Shown: piece after piece, positions 44,730 through 52,955 of the stretch
How positions within the stretch are numbered: position 1 is the first letter of the stretch
Layout of the letters: every line of letters starts with the position of its first letter
IMG/VR virus record: IMGVR_UViG_3300030372_003954
Location: 7,211 to 71,210 of that record
DNA length: 64,000 nucleotides
Direction: 5' to 3' (one strand)
From: a virus
Taxonomy: Duplodnaviria > Caudoviricetes
The notes under the pieces: model-generated
The model's input: only the letters and a program-made list of their open reading frames with translations
Told to the model about the DNA's origin: nothing
Database searches by the model: none
Program-made: the position numbers and the translations under genes

Positions 44730-44821
44730 TTCTTCTTACCTTTTTTCTTCTTACCAGTTCCGTAGCTGGTCTTTTTCATTGGGGTTTTCTTTCCGCCTTT
44801 GCTTCCGTATGAACCGTACAT
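44726..44821 (-). CDS. 31-aa Lys-rich microprotein MYGSYGSKGGKKTPMKKTSYGTGKKKKGKKK
   Basis: AGGAGCAACC RBS; stop overlaps the next ATG. Confidence 0.65.
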   Translation of the reverse strand: MYGSYGSKGGKKTPMKKTSYGTGKKKKGKKK

Positions 44822-44836
44822 GGTTGCTCCTATTGC

Positions 44837-45103
44837 TTAGTCTTCTGCGGTTTCCAGAGTCCAAATGACCTCTGAGTCTTCGTTCAGTCCAAGCTTGTCC
44901 ATATAGAATGGATCGAAGTTTGGTCCTGGTTCGGTGACATCGTAGACGACATCGTCGAGCACACTTGCAGGGTTGTGTTGTAGCTCTTCAATCACACAAG
45001 CGAATGCGTCTTCGACGTCATAAGACTCGACAGCCAGTCGGATTGTGAATGTATAGAGCTTGGGTGTTTTCTCGCGCATCGTCTTGTAGGAATGATAACG
45101 CAT
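44837..45103 (-). CDS. Small acidic protein
   Basis: 88-aa ORF in a packed operon. Confidence 0.65.
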   Translation of the reverse strand: MRYHSYKTMREKTPKLYTFTIRLAVESYDVEDAFACVIEELQHNPASVLDDVVYDVTEPGPNFDPFYMDKLGLNEDSEVIWTLETAED

Positions 45104-45286
45104 TTACCCTTCTTGCTTTGAGCCAAACAAGGTTGTGTTTACCTCAAAGTCATCTTTGAGCTTCCAGTGCTTTGGAGCGTTGTGATAGACACACACAGCT
45201 TTCCATTGCCCTTGTCGATTGACAACGACTGCGGACTGCCTTTTGCATCCTTCGATTTCACATTCGCCAGGTGGCTTTTCACTCAT
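45104..45286 (-). CDS. Cys/His small protein (60 aa)
   Basis: CEIEGC...CVYH; overlaps the methylase stop. Confidence 0.6.
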   Translation of the reverse strand: MSEKPPGECEIEGCKRQSAVVVNRQGQWKAVCVYHNAPKHWKLKDDFEVNTTLFGSKQEG

Positions 45287-45902
45287 CGTACTTGTCAAAC
45301 ACCCAAGAGATGTACTTCTTGTGGTTCTTCCCATCGCCTTGTCTAAAGACCAAGATTGCCGAACCTTTCGGAGCGCTTGATGCTTTCGACCCATCTTCAC
45401 GACGGAAAGGCACACGACCCTTCATCAGACGAATCTGGTCAGCCTTCCAAGCCCAGTTGTGCCACCAAATGGTATCGGTACAAGCCATAACAAGCATGAC
45501 AACCGTCTTGCCCTTGAGTGACTCTTGCCAACCTTTCTTGACCCAGTCACCGACTTTGCGACCGTAAGGAGGATTGCAGTAGACGACATCAGCGTCCCAA
45601 TCGACCGAAAGAGCATCTTGCCGTGACGAATCTTCGTGATCTGGTCCGAAGTACTTATCGACAAGAGCGGTGTGCTTGAGAGCAGCAGAATCGAGTCCGA
45701 ATCCAAACTCACGGTCGAGACGGTCGAACAAAGGCTTTGGTGTGCGCCAAGTGTCATTCTCTGACGAGTGAATTGCCTTCCAGGCTGGAGACTTTTCGAC
45801 TTTCTTAGGAGCAGCCTTGGCCTTTGGCTTAGCAGGAGCCTTTGCTTTTGCCTTGGTAGCTGGTTTCTTAGCTGGCGCTTTTGGTTTCTTAGCAGTTGGC
45901 AT
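45279..45902 (-). CDS. dam: Phage DNA N6-adenine methyltransferase (Dam family) with a Lys/Ala/Pro N-terminal tail
   Basis: WRTP..LFD.LD.EFGF.LD.AA; DAL..DW; YCNPPYG; VMLV.ACTDT.WW; IRLMKGR..F. Confidence 0.88.
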   Translation of the reverse strand: MPTAKKPKAPAKKPATKAKAKAPAKPKAKAAPKKVEKSPAWKAIHSSENDTWRTPKPLFDRLDREFGFGLDSAALKHTALVDKYFGPDHEDSSRQDALSVDWDADVVYCNPPYGRKVGDWVKKGWQESLKGKTVVMLVMACTDTIWWHNWAWKADQIRLMKGRVPFRREDGSKASSAPKGSAILVFRQGDGKNHKKYISWVFDKYDE

Positions 45903-45911
45903 TGTATCTCC

Positions 45912-46328
45912 TTAGAAGGGAACTTCTTCGTCCCAGTCGTCATCTACATTAACAGATTCGGGTGTGTACGAAGCTTGTGGTTTCTTATAGGAGTTGCCTT
46001 GAGAAGCGCCTTGCTTGGCGTTTTTAGCCAAGAACTGGACGGTGAACGCAACAATCATAGTGTTGGAGCGCTCTTGACCATTCTTGTCTGTGTACTTCTG
46101 GGTTTCGATACGACCTTCAACGAAGACCGTTTGACCTTTAGTACAGTATTTGGCGAGAGCTTCGCCGGTTTTACCGAAAGCAGTGCAGCGATGCCACTCT
46201 GTTTTCTTTTCCCCACGCGAAACAGACGTGGTTGCTACGGAAAAGCGACAGTAGGACGAGCCGCTTTTACCAGTTTTGAGTTCAGGGTCGGCACCGAGGT
46301 TACCGAGAAGAAATACTTTGTTTACCAT
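45912..46328 (-). CDS. ssb: Single-stranded DNA-binding protein
   Basis: NKVFLLGNLGADPELK; TEWHRC..FGK; VFVEGRIET; acidic tail ending EVPF. Confidence 0.95.
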   Translation of the reverse strand: MVNKVFLLGNLGADPELKTGKSGSSYCRFSVATTSVSRGEKKTEWHRCTAFGKTGEALAKYCTKGQTVFVEGRIETQKYTDKNGQERSNTMIVAFTVQFLAKNAKQGASQGNSYKKPQASYTPESVNVDDDWDEEVPF

Positions 46329-46360
46329 TTTGGTTTACCTCCACCGGAAGGCTATCACAT

Positions 46361-46399
46361 GGTGCAAACTATGCACCCACTCCGTGACAAATCGTGACA
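46361..46399. promoter_or_regulatory. Divergent control region: GGTGCA-N5-TGCACC palindrome plus GTGACA-N4-GTGACA box
   Basis: Palindrome 46361-46377; GTGACA at 46384 and 46394; between ssb and the terminase operon. Confidence 0.6.
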
Positions 46400-46418
46400 T
46401 TTCCGGTAGTTTGGGAAC

Positions 46419-46973
46419 ATGGAAGATGTAAAAGAGAAGCCTCTTGTTTTTGATGGCGAGCCTGTGTCTGCTTTATTGAACGGACAGCTTGTAAAATCGG
46501 AGCCGAGCGAGGTCATAAAACGTGAGGCAGAAGAGCTTGTAGGATTCAAGCCTACAGATCGAATGGAAGTGATGCAAGCCATTGCTATTACATGTGAAGA
46601 GCAGGGTCTTGGGTACTTAAGAGATTGGATCAAGTCGGCCAGAACCCATGATTTCTTCCGAAAAGAGGCCTTTTCCATGAAAGAATGGAACGAATGGGTC
46701 GAAATTAAGGGGTTCAATGGGTGGTTTTACGGTGGATTTCCGCTTCCCAGAACGATGTCAAAAGAGGATATTGAGGGCTTAGATGCGCTATTTTGGGACC
46801 AAATGAGGACAATGATGCGCGAAGGGGACACGAAGATCATGGATCTGTACGCGAAGATCACAGGTAAGACTTTGCAACCCGAGGATAAGGAAGAAACAAG
46901 CACGGCTATCGTCGAGTGGCTGCAAGTGAATGCTGGTTCAGCCGGTTGGAAGTCTGTTCGGAAGTTGAAATGA
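46419..46973 (+). CDS. Putative terminase small subunit
   Basis: Directly upstream of terL with ATGA overlap; helical; GD.KIM.LY.K..G. Confidence 0.55.
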   Translation: MEDVKEKPLVFDGEPVSALLNGQLVKSEPSEVIKREAEELVGFKPTDRMEVMQAIAITCEEQGLGYLRDWIKSARTHDFFRKEAFSMKEWNEWVEIKGFNGWFYGGFPLPRTMSKEDIEGLDALFWDQMRTMMREGDTKIMDLYAKITGKTLQPEDKEETSTAIVEWLQVNAGSAGWKSVRKLK

Positions 46974-48511
46974 AAGGTGTGTCCACCGCGATGGTGAATC
47001 GCCTGATGGCTTTGGGCAACGACCCTGTTGAGTTTATCAGTCGACTGAAGATTATTGACAACAAGGGTATGGAGCGTTTCTTCAACGAGCCATTCTTAGA
47101 GCAGCAGATTGCTCTGTCTGACTTTATCAAGGGTCACCAGACAATTGTTCACTGCAAGCCACGTCAGATTGGCGACACGACAGTGGGTTGTGCCTGGAAC
47201 TTTACTTATGGGTACTGGGCATCCGATCCTGTACGGACATTGATTGTTGCGAACGACCACGATGCGACGGATTCCATCTTCCGAAGGCTGAAGTATTTCC
47301 ACGACAGTCTTCCGAGTGTGATGAAGAGACCGATGGCGAGGTCGAACCGAAAGGAGATGGAGTTCTCCGACACGGGTGTGATGTTCCGATGCCTGACTGC
47401 TGGTGGTCGAGGGCACGGTCGTTCATTTACCTTTCAGCGGCTGCACGCGGACGAGGTAGCCTTCTGGCCGAATGCCGACGACGTGTGGGCCTCAGTGACC
47501 TCTACGCTCCATGACGGGCCACACAAAAGTATTTTTGTCACGTCTACACCAAACGGACCCGGTAATCTATTTCACAGGAAGGTACTCGATGCACAGAATG
47601 ATCCAAATGCTTGCTTTCGGTTCTTTCGTTGGGCTGATCATCATGCGTACAGCCTTCAGCCGCCAAGAGACTGGGAGCCCACGCAAGAAGAGTGGGACCT
47701 CAAGCAGTTGCACGACCTTAGTATCAACCAGTTGTACTGGCGGAATCAGAAGATCCGTGGCGCGGACGGTATTGGTGCGGACAGGTTTCGGAAGGAGTAC
47801 CCCCTTACCGTTGAAGAAGGCTTCATGGAGGTCAGCGGTTCGTGGTTTGATGTCGCGTACCTGAACGAAGTTGTCTGCACTTTGCGACCACCGGACCTTT
47901 CTAAGGAACTTCGAATCCATCAACAGCCAAAGTCTGGAATGGCTTATGCGATTGGAGCCGACCCGAGTTGGGGAACAGGCAATGATTACGCAGTTGCACA
48001 GGTTTTGAGTGAGGATGGAGAGCTTGTAGCGACGTTTACTACGAACAAGAGAACCCCCGAGGACTTTGCCATGAGACTCGGAGAGCTTTCCTACTACTAC
48101 AACAAGGCCAGGGTGCTGTGTGAATACAACACAGGCGGTGGCGGACCCGTTGTAATCCAGAAGATTCGAGAGATGGGTGTGCCTTTGTGGTTCGATCCGC
48201 AGACCGGAGACCACTTCAAGATGACAGGAGGTCGCTCCTCAGTAGGCAAGAAGACTCAAGTTTATAGTCATCTTAGGTATTTAGTGGACGGTGACGGACT
48301 GACTTTGACAGATTTGCCAACCGTTCAGCAGTTGATGCACATCCGAGAAGAAGACGGAAAGATTGAAGGCCGAGACGGATACCATGACGACTTGGCAGAT
48401 GCGCTAGCCTTGGCTGCGTGGAACGCCAAGAATCTTCCGCGTCCTGTAGGAGTGGGAGCGTTTCCGTTTAGAAGACGCAGAAAGGCGCTCCCTCATCCTT
48501 TTGGAGTGTGA
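46970..48511 (+). CDS. terL: Terminase large subunit
   Basis: KPRQIG.TT, LHADEVAFW (Walker B), STPNG.GN.F, AIGAD...G..NDY, HDDLADALALA. Confidence 0.92.
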   Translation: MKGVSTAMVNRLMALGNDPVEFISRLKIIDNKGMERFFNEPFLEQQIALSDFIKGHQTIVHCKPRQIGDTTVGCAWNFTYGYWASDPVRTLIVANDHDATDSIFRRLKYFHDSLPSVMKRPMARSNRKEMEFSDTGVMFRCLTAGGRGHGRSFTFQRLHADEVAFWPNADDVWASVTSTLHDGPHKSIFVTSTPNGPGNLFHRKVLDAQNDPNACFRFFRWADHHAYSLQPPRDWEPTQEEWDLKQLHDLSINQLYWRNQKIRGADGIGADRFRKEYPLTVEEGFMEVSGSWFDVAYLNEVVCTLRPPDLSKELRIHQQPKSGMAYAIGADPSWGTGNDYAVAQVLSEDGELVATFTTNKRTPEDFAMRLGELSYYYNKARVLCEYNTGGGGPVVIQKIREMGVPLWFDPQTGDHFKMTGGRSSVGKKTQVYSHLRYLVDGDGLTLTDLPTVQQLMHIREEDGKIEGRDGYHDDLADALALAAWNAKNLPRPVGVGAFPFRRRRKALPHPFGV

Positions 48512-48517
48512 TACTTT
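48491..48517 (+). promoter_or_regulatory. Candidate late promoter, copy 1
   Basis: CCTCATCC-tttt-GGAGTGTGA-TACTTT, 21 bp before the ATG. Confidence 0.55.
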
Positions 48518-48537
48518 TTCGAAGTTCAGGAGCAATC

Positions 48538-49089
48538 ATGGCCGGTAGACCCTACGATCCTAAAAATCCTTACGTTCAACAAACCCCTCGGTTTGGCGGT
48601 TCGGCAGACCTTGTGCCTCCAGGCGGTCAAAGCTCTACTGAAATGGCATTAGAAATGGCGATGCCAACTCACCACAACAGACCATCTACTGTTTCGGGGC
48701 CGTCTGTCAGGGCGGCGACAGCAGGACAAGCTCGGGGAACGGAAGTGTCGAGGGTCGGTAGCCAAGCGTCCTCCAGACCGCCCGGTATTGGGATTACCCC
48801 CGAGATAATTGACGAGGTTATGGAACGATACAGAGAGTATGATCGAAATCGCTTCAAAGGGATTTACGACAACAACCGAGTTGAGCAGGTTGCTGTAGGG
48901 CGGAAATGGGACAGAGACACCACCAACATCGTCCATGGAGGGCTGGACAGACTGAGGCAGTCAGACCCTGGTGCTTGGCAGTTAGTCAATGATTACGAGG
49001 ATCACGTCGACTACATGGATTTGGAAACCGGCCAAGTGGTAAAAATGGATAAGCAAACTGGCGAGCTTGATTTTAGTGAGGGCAACTAA
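48538..49089 (+). CDS. Hypothetical protein
   Basis: AGGAGCAATC RBS; start trimmed to MAGRPY. Confidence 0.7.
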   Translation: MAGRPYDPKNPYVQQTPRFGGSADLVPPGGQSSTEMALEMAMPTHHNRPSTVSGPSVRAATAGQARGTEVSRVGSQASSRPPGIGITPEIIDEVMERYREYDRNRFKGIYDNNRVEQVAVGRKWDRDTTNIVHGGLDRLRQSDPGAWQLVNDYEDHVDYMDLETGQVVKMDKQTGELDFSEGN

Positions 49090-49108
49090 GCCTTATAGAA
49101 AAGCACTG

Positions 49109-49135
49109 CCTCATCCGTTCGGAGTGTGATAGCTT
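49109..49135 (+). promoter_or_regulatory. Candidate late promoter, copy 2
   Basis: CCTCATCC-gttc-GGAGTGTGA-TAGCTT, 21 bp before the ATG. Confidence 0.55.
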
Positions 49136-49155
49136 CTTTTACATAGGAGTTTCAA

Positions 49156-49800
49156 ATGGCAGACACACCAAAAACAGGCCTTAGTCGTTCTAACCGTGCT
49201 GAGCGGGAACCTTCGCAGCAAGAGATGCAACGGAGGCGACAGATGCAGGAGCAAATGGAGCAAAGGCTCGGTGCCAGCGAGTATTTTCAAGGCTTGGAGA
49301 ACCCAGAGACGGCAGGATTCATGGGGCGGTCAATCCCAAATTTTCAGGAACAGAACCGCCGCAACGAAATGCGACAGATGCAGCCTCCACAACTGTCAGC
49401 GGCGCAGATGGATGAGGCTCGCAGGAGCGGTTTGCTTGGTCCAGCAATGGGAATCGAAGAGTCGATGCAAAGGCAGCGAGACGCTGAGGAACAAAATCGC
49501 CTCAACGCAGTTCGGGCAGGTGTTGGCAGAGAGTTTCCTGACATGGACCCAAGAGCACTGATGGGCATGAGCATGGAAGAGATAGATCAAATGCGCCAAC
49601 GCCGAGAACGCGAGCGGATGATGCAAATCTCGCAAGCCATCGAGCGAGGCACCCGGATGCTTCAAATGGACCCAAACAACATTCAGCTTCGACGTGACTT
49701 GCAAACCCTTCAAAGGCAACAGCAAGAGCTTCCAAGCCAGGGAATGAACCAGACTCTCCAGAGCGCTATGCCAGTTGGTCCCAACACCGTGATTCGATAG
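49156..49800 (+). CDS. M/Q/R-rich coiled-coil protein, probably virion-internal
   Basis: Low complexity; shares GLENPE.AGFMGR with the giant protein. Confidence 0.7.
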   Translation: MADTPKTGLSRSNRAEREPSQQEMQRRRQMQEQMEQRLGASEYFQGLENPETAGFMGRSIPNFQEQNRRNEMRQMQPPQLSAAQMDEARRSGLLGPAMGIEESMQRQRDAEEQNRLNAVRAGVGREFPDMDPRALMGMSMEEIDQMRQRRERERMMQISQAIERGTRMLQMDPNNIQLRRDLQTLQRQQQELPSQGMNQTLQSAMPVGPNTVIR

Positions 49801-49812
49801 AAGGCTTAGCTC

Positions 49813-51822
49813 ATGGCAGACCCGAGATTCCCTCACATCAGATTAAAGAAAAACCTGACTCCGAGTGAGCAGCGTTTCTTTTTTGAAATGACAGAAAATG
49901 AGGCGAATAGAAAAGAGCTTCACGACGCTGGTATGCGGTTGAGTCGAAACGGCAAAACCGTTTACATGGAAGATTTCGACAGAGCAATTGAGTACATAGA
50001 CGAAACTTATATGCTGGAGTCTCGTCCAAGCGGTCCTGGGACAAGAGGTCTTCCACCCAGTTTTCGTATGGCTGGACGGGGCGCATTTGCAAACGGTATC
50101 GTCGATGTCGCTCCTGATGAGTATGTAGAACTTGCTGTGCCAGAAACACTGCGAGACATGCAAATATCAGTAGAAGAAGAGCAGCTTAGGACAGCAAGGA
50201 GAGCACCTCAAATGGCCGAAAACTACACTCATTTTGTTTACGACAAAAACACCGGAACCGTTTTGTCTGGATGGGAGTTTGCTGAGGACGCCCAGGATGC
50301 TCTTCGGGAACTGGAGGATCTTTCTCAAGGTAGGGCTCGTGTCGGCACAGCGCGGGCTTACCAAAATCAGTTTGGTCGCCGTCCCTCACCAGACGACTTT
50401 CTCGGTGGATCCGTTGTAGATTATTTTAAGAAGCCGAGTAGTTTGCCTGACGAAGATGTCCTTTCGCGACAAATGAGACCACGAGGCATGTCTCAACGTG
50501 AGTACGATAGAATCGTTAATGCAGAATTGTTAGAAGGTTCAACACTTGCAATGGACCCAGAAACTGGGAACTTTCGTCCTGTTACACCATCAGGTGAGCG
50601 GCAGGTGATTGTTTCTGGTAGGAACCTTGACGCTGGAAGTGGGCCTGTTTTCCGGGCTATCGAGGGGCCACCAGATCTTCCGAGGATGGAATCAGGTCAA
50701 CGCCAAATGGTCATTGACACTCGTTTTCGGGGGGGAAGAAGGGGATATGATCGGATCTCTGATGATCTCGGCTATTCAGAACCTGAACTTGCTGAAGTTC
50801 GTGACCGTGCCAGAAGGCAACAAAACATTGTCGAGCCTTTGTCGGAACGAGGCCCGTATGTCTCTCCTGAAGAGCGCACCGGCATGGTTCGTCGTGAAGA
50901 TCCACGGCGCACTGCGATGACGAGGCGTCCATCCCCGCCTCCACCACCAGATGTTTCTGATGAACTGAAAGCACTGGCGGCCCAAGCTTCTGAGGCCCAG
51001 AAAAGAAACTTGAGAATGCAGGGACAACGCTTAAAAGATGCGCTTGCTATGATGGAACAAACGTATCCCAGAAGTTATCCCGTTCCATTAGCACCCCAAG
51101 CAATTGAACTACGGAATGCAGCAGCCAAGATTGCGCCGTTTCTCGTAGCAATTGGCGACGTCACTCTTGCCGCTGAACTTGGATATAACATTGGTCAGCA
51201 GCGAAGCCTTCTGGGCGGTGCCATGGAGACGGGTGCCGACATCGTTGAGGGCACAGGTACGATGATGCAACTGCCCCAGATGGCCGCGTCTGCATTGCCC
51301 ACAGGGTATGAAGAGCGTGCTGCCCAAGGCATGCTGACTCAGCCAGAACTTGCGGCAGAAGGGCTTGCAGCGGTCGGTCGTGAGGTCTCCAGTGCAATGG
51401 CTCCCTACCGTCGCGAACAACAGCGAGAATCACGCAGAGATTTTATTGATCGTAATACCCGAGCCAACATGGAAATGAATCCTGCTTTGACTCCAAGCGA
51501 GGCAAGAGATTCTGCAATACAGCTTTTGCGTCAAGTCGAAGCTGCTCCAGAGGGAGGGTATGAAGGCTCTCCGCTACCAGATGCAGACTTACCACTTGGC
51601 ATGTCGGCAGCCATGAGCGCGAATCAACCGTTAGGTCAATCGTTACGAAGTGATCGAGAGCTTCAAAAAGAGGAGTACATGAACTTCTTGGTTCAAGAAG
51701 GCTACCTCAAGCGCGATGACCAAGGCCGACTGATTCAAGCCGCACGAACCCGTCAAGAGGGTGGCTATCCCACCATGAGCGAGTTTGAAGACGACAGGAT
51801 GCTTGCTGGCGGCATCCGATGA
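49813..51822 (+). CDS. Large low-complexity protein, possible ejection protein
   Basis: 669 aa; one hydrophobic stretch (IAPFLVAIGDVTLAAELG). Confidence 0.7.
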   Translation: MADPRFPHIRLKKNLTPSEQRFFFEMTENEANRKELHDAGMRLSRNGKTVYMEDFDRAIEYIDETYMLESRPSGPGTRGLPPSFRMAGRGAFANGIVDVAPDEYVELAVPETLRDMQISVEEEQLRTARRAPQMAENYTHFVYDKNTGTVLSGWEFAEDAQDALRELEDLSQGRARVGTARAYQNQFGRRPSPDDFLGGSVVDYFKKPSSLPDEDVLSRQMRPRGMSQREYDRIVNAELLEGSTLAMDPETGNFRPVTPSGERQVIVSGRNLDAGSGPVFRAIEGPPDLPRMESGQRQMVIDTRFRGGRRGYDRISDDLGYSEPELAEVRDRARRQQNIVEPLSERGPYVSPEERTGMVRREDPRRTAMTRRPSPPPPPDVSDELKALAAQASEAQKRNLRMQGQRLKDALAMMEQTYPRSYPVPLAPQAIELRNAAAKIAPFLVAIGDVTLAAELGYNIGQQRSLLGGAMETGADIVEGTGTMMQLPQMAASALPTGYEERAAQGMLTQPELAAEGLAAVGREVSSAMAPYRREQQRESRRDFIDRNTRANMEMNPALTPSEARDSAIQLLRQVEAAPEGGYEGSPLPDADLPLGMSAAMSANQPLGQSLRSDRELQKEEYMNFLVQEGYLKRDDQGRLIQAARTRQEGGYPTMSEFEDDRMLAGGIR

Positions 51823-52550
51823 ACGGAATCGATCCAAACACGGGTCAACAAAGGGCTCCATTCCCAGGCGAAAGCCTTATGGGAGGCCCTCCAGAGACAA
51901 GCCCCCGCAAACCGCAGCCACCTCAACGGACCAAACCAAAAGGCTTGTTCCATCAGTTTACTGAAGAGGAAAGGGACAACCTTCTTCGCGAGGTTGGTCG
52001 AGCGTGGAGCGGGCCGATGCCTGAAGAAGAACAGGAACCGTTGTCTGAAGAAGAGCAACGAGATCAGATAGCTCAAGACGAAATGAGAAGTTTGATTCGA
52101 GAAGCTCTTTTAAGAGAGGGCGGATTCTCCACGGGGTTGCATCGCAACGCGATTCAAATGGATGCCGTATCCAAACAATATGGTTGGGACAAGCAGCAAG
52201 ACCTGGATGCAATGATGGCCTTGGAGGCTTTGGCTGAAGACGGCGATTTGATGTACGAGGATATGGCTTTTGCCGCCTACATTGATGAAGAGGACCGTCC
52301 TTTAGCTATCGCTTTCGATGTGAATGCTGCCGGTGCTTTTGATGAAAACGAGTTTGGTTTTTACTACCCAGAAACAGGCGAGACAGAGTACTTCACATCC
52401 GAAGAGTTTGATCAATACATGGGTTATGACGATCAGCCCAGCCAGCCGACCGACCCAGATGACTTGGGTCAACTTTATGATTACGACGCTATGCAAGAAC
52501 TCCAAGAGAAGGTCTTAAACATGCCAGAAATAAAAAGGCTGGGTGAGTAA
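51819..52550 (+). CDS. Acidic hypothetical protein
   Basis: ATGA coupling; D/E-rich C-terminal half. Confidence 0.7.
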   Translation: MNGIDPNTGQQRAPFPGESLMGGPPETSPRKPQPPQRTKPKGLFHQFTEEERDNLLREVGRAWSGPMPEEEQEPLSEEEQRDQIAQDEMRSLIREALLREGGFSTGLHRNAIQMDAVSKQYGWDKQQDLDAMMALEALAEDGDLMYEDMAFAAYIDEEDRPLAIAFDVNAAGAFDENEFGFYYPETGETEYFTSEEFDQYMGYDDQPSQPTDPDDLGQLYDYDAMQELQEKVLNMPEIKRLGE

Positions 52551-52948
52551 TGCCTGAGAACAAAATCAGAAGAGAAGCAAGAAAGCGTCGTGCCGTCATG
52601 GATCGTTTATCAAAAGGCGACACTTACGAGGATGCTGTAAAAAGCGCCGAGAAAAGTTTGGAAGACCTTGCGTTCGAAGCAAATGAAAACTTCATGCCGA
52701 GATTCAATAAACTGCCGCAAGAGCAACGTGCGAGAGCAAGCGAACTTGAAGGTCTGGTTATGAAGATGCTTGCTGACAACGGTGTCGACGAAATAGAATC
52801 CGGGCTCCTCATGGATGACATTATGGACCGTTATTCCGACAAAGCTTTAGTTCTTATGGAAGGAATGATGAGCGGTGATTTGCGGTATGTGACCAAAAAT
52901 GACTATGAGGCAATCAAGGCAGACTATCCTTTGGTCGACACCGAATAG
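52550..52948 (+). CDS. Hypothetical protein
   Basis: TAATG coupling; upstream of the portal. Confidence 0.7.
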   Translation: MPENKIRREARKRRAVMDRLSKGDTYEDAVKSAEKSLEDLAFEANENFMPRFNKLPQEQRARASELEGLVMKMLADNGVDEIESGLLMDDIMDRYSDKALVLMEGMMSGDLRYVTKNDYEAIKADYPLVDTE

Positions 52949-52955
52949 GTAAATC

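Noticed and set aside
47150-47185. Deviant Walker A in terL (KPRQIGDTT)
   Set aside because: Lys-less KxRQxGxST variants are common in this terminase group; no sign of inactivation
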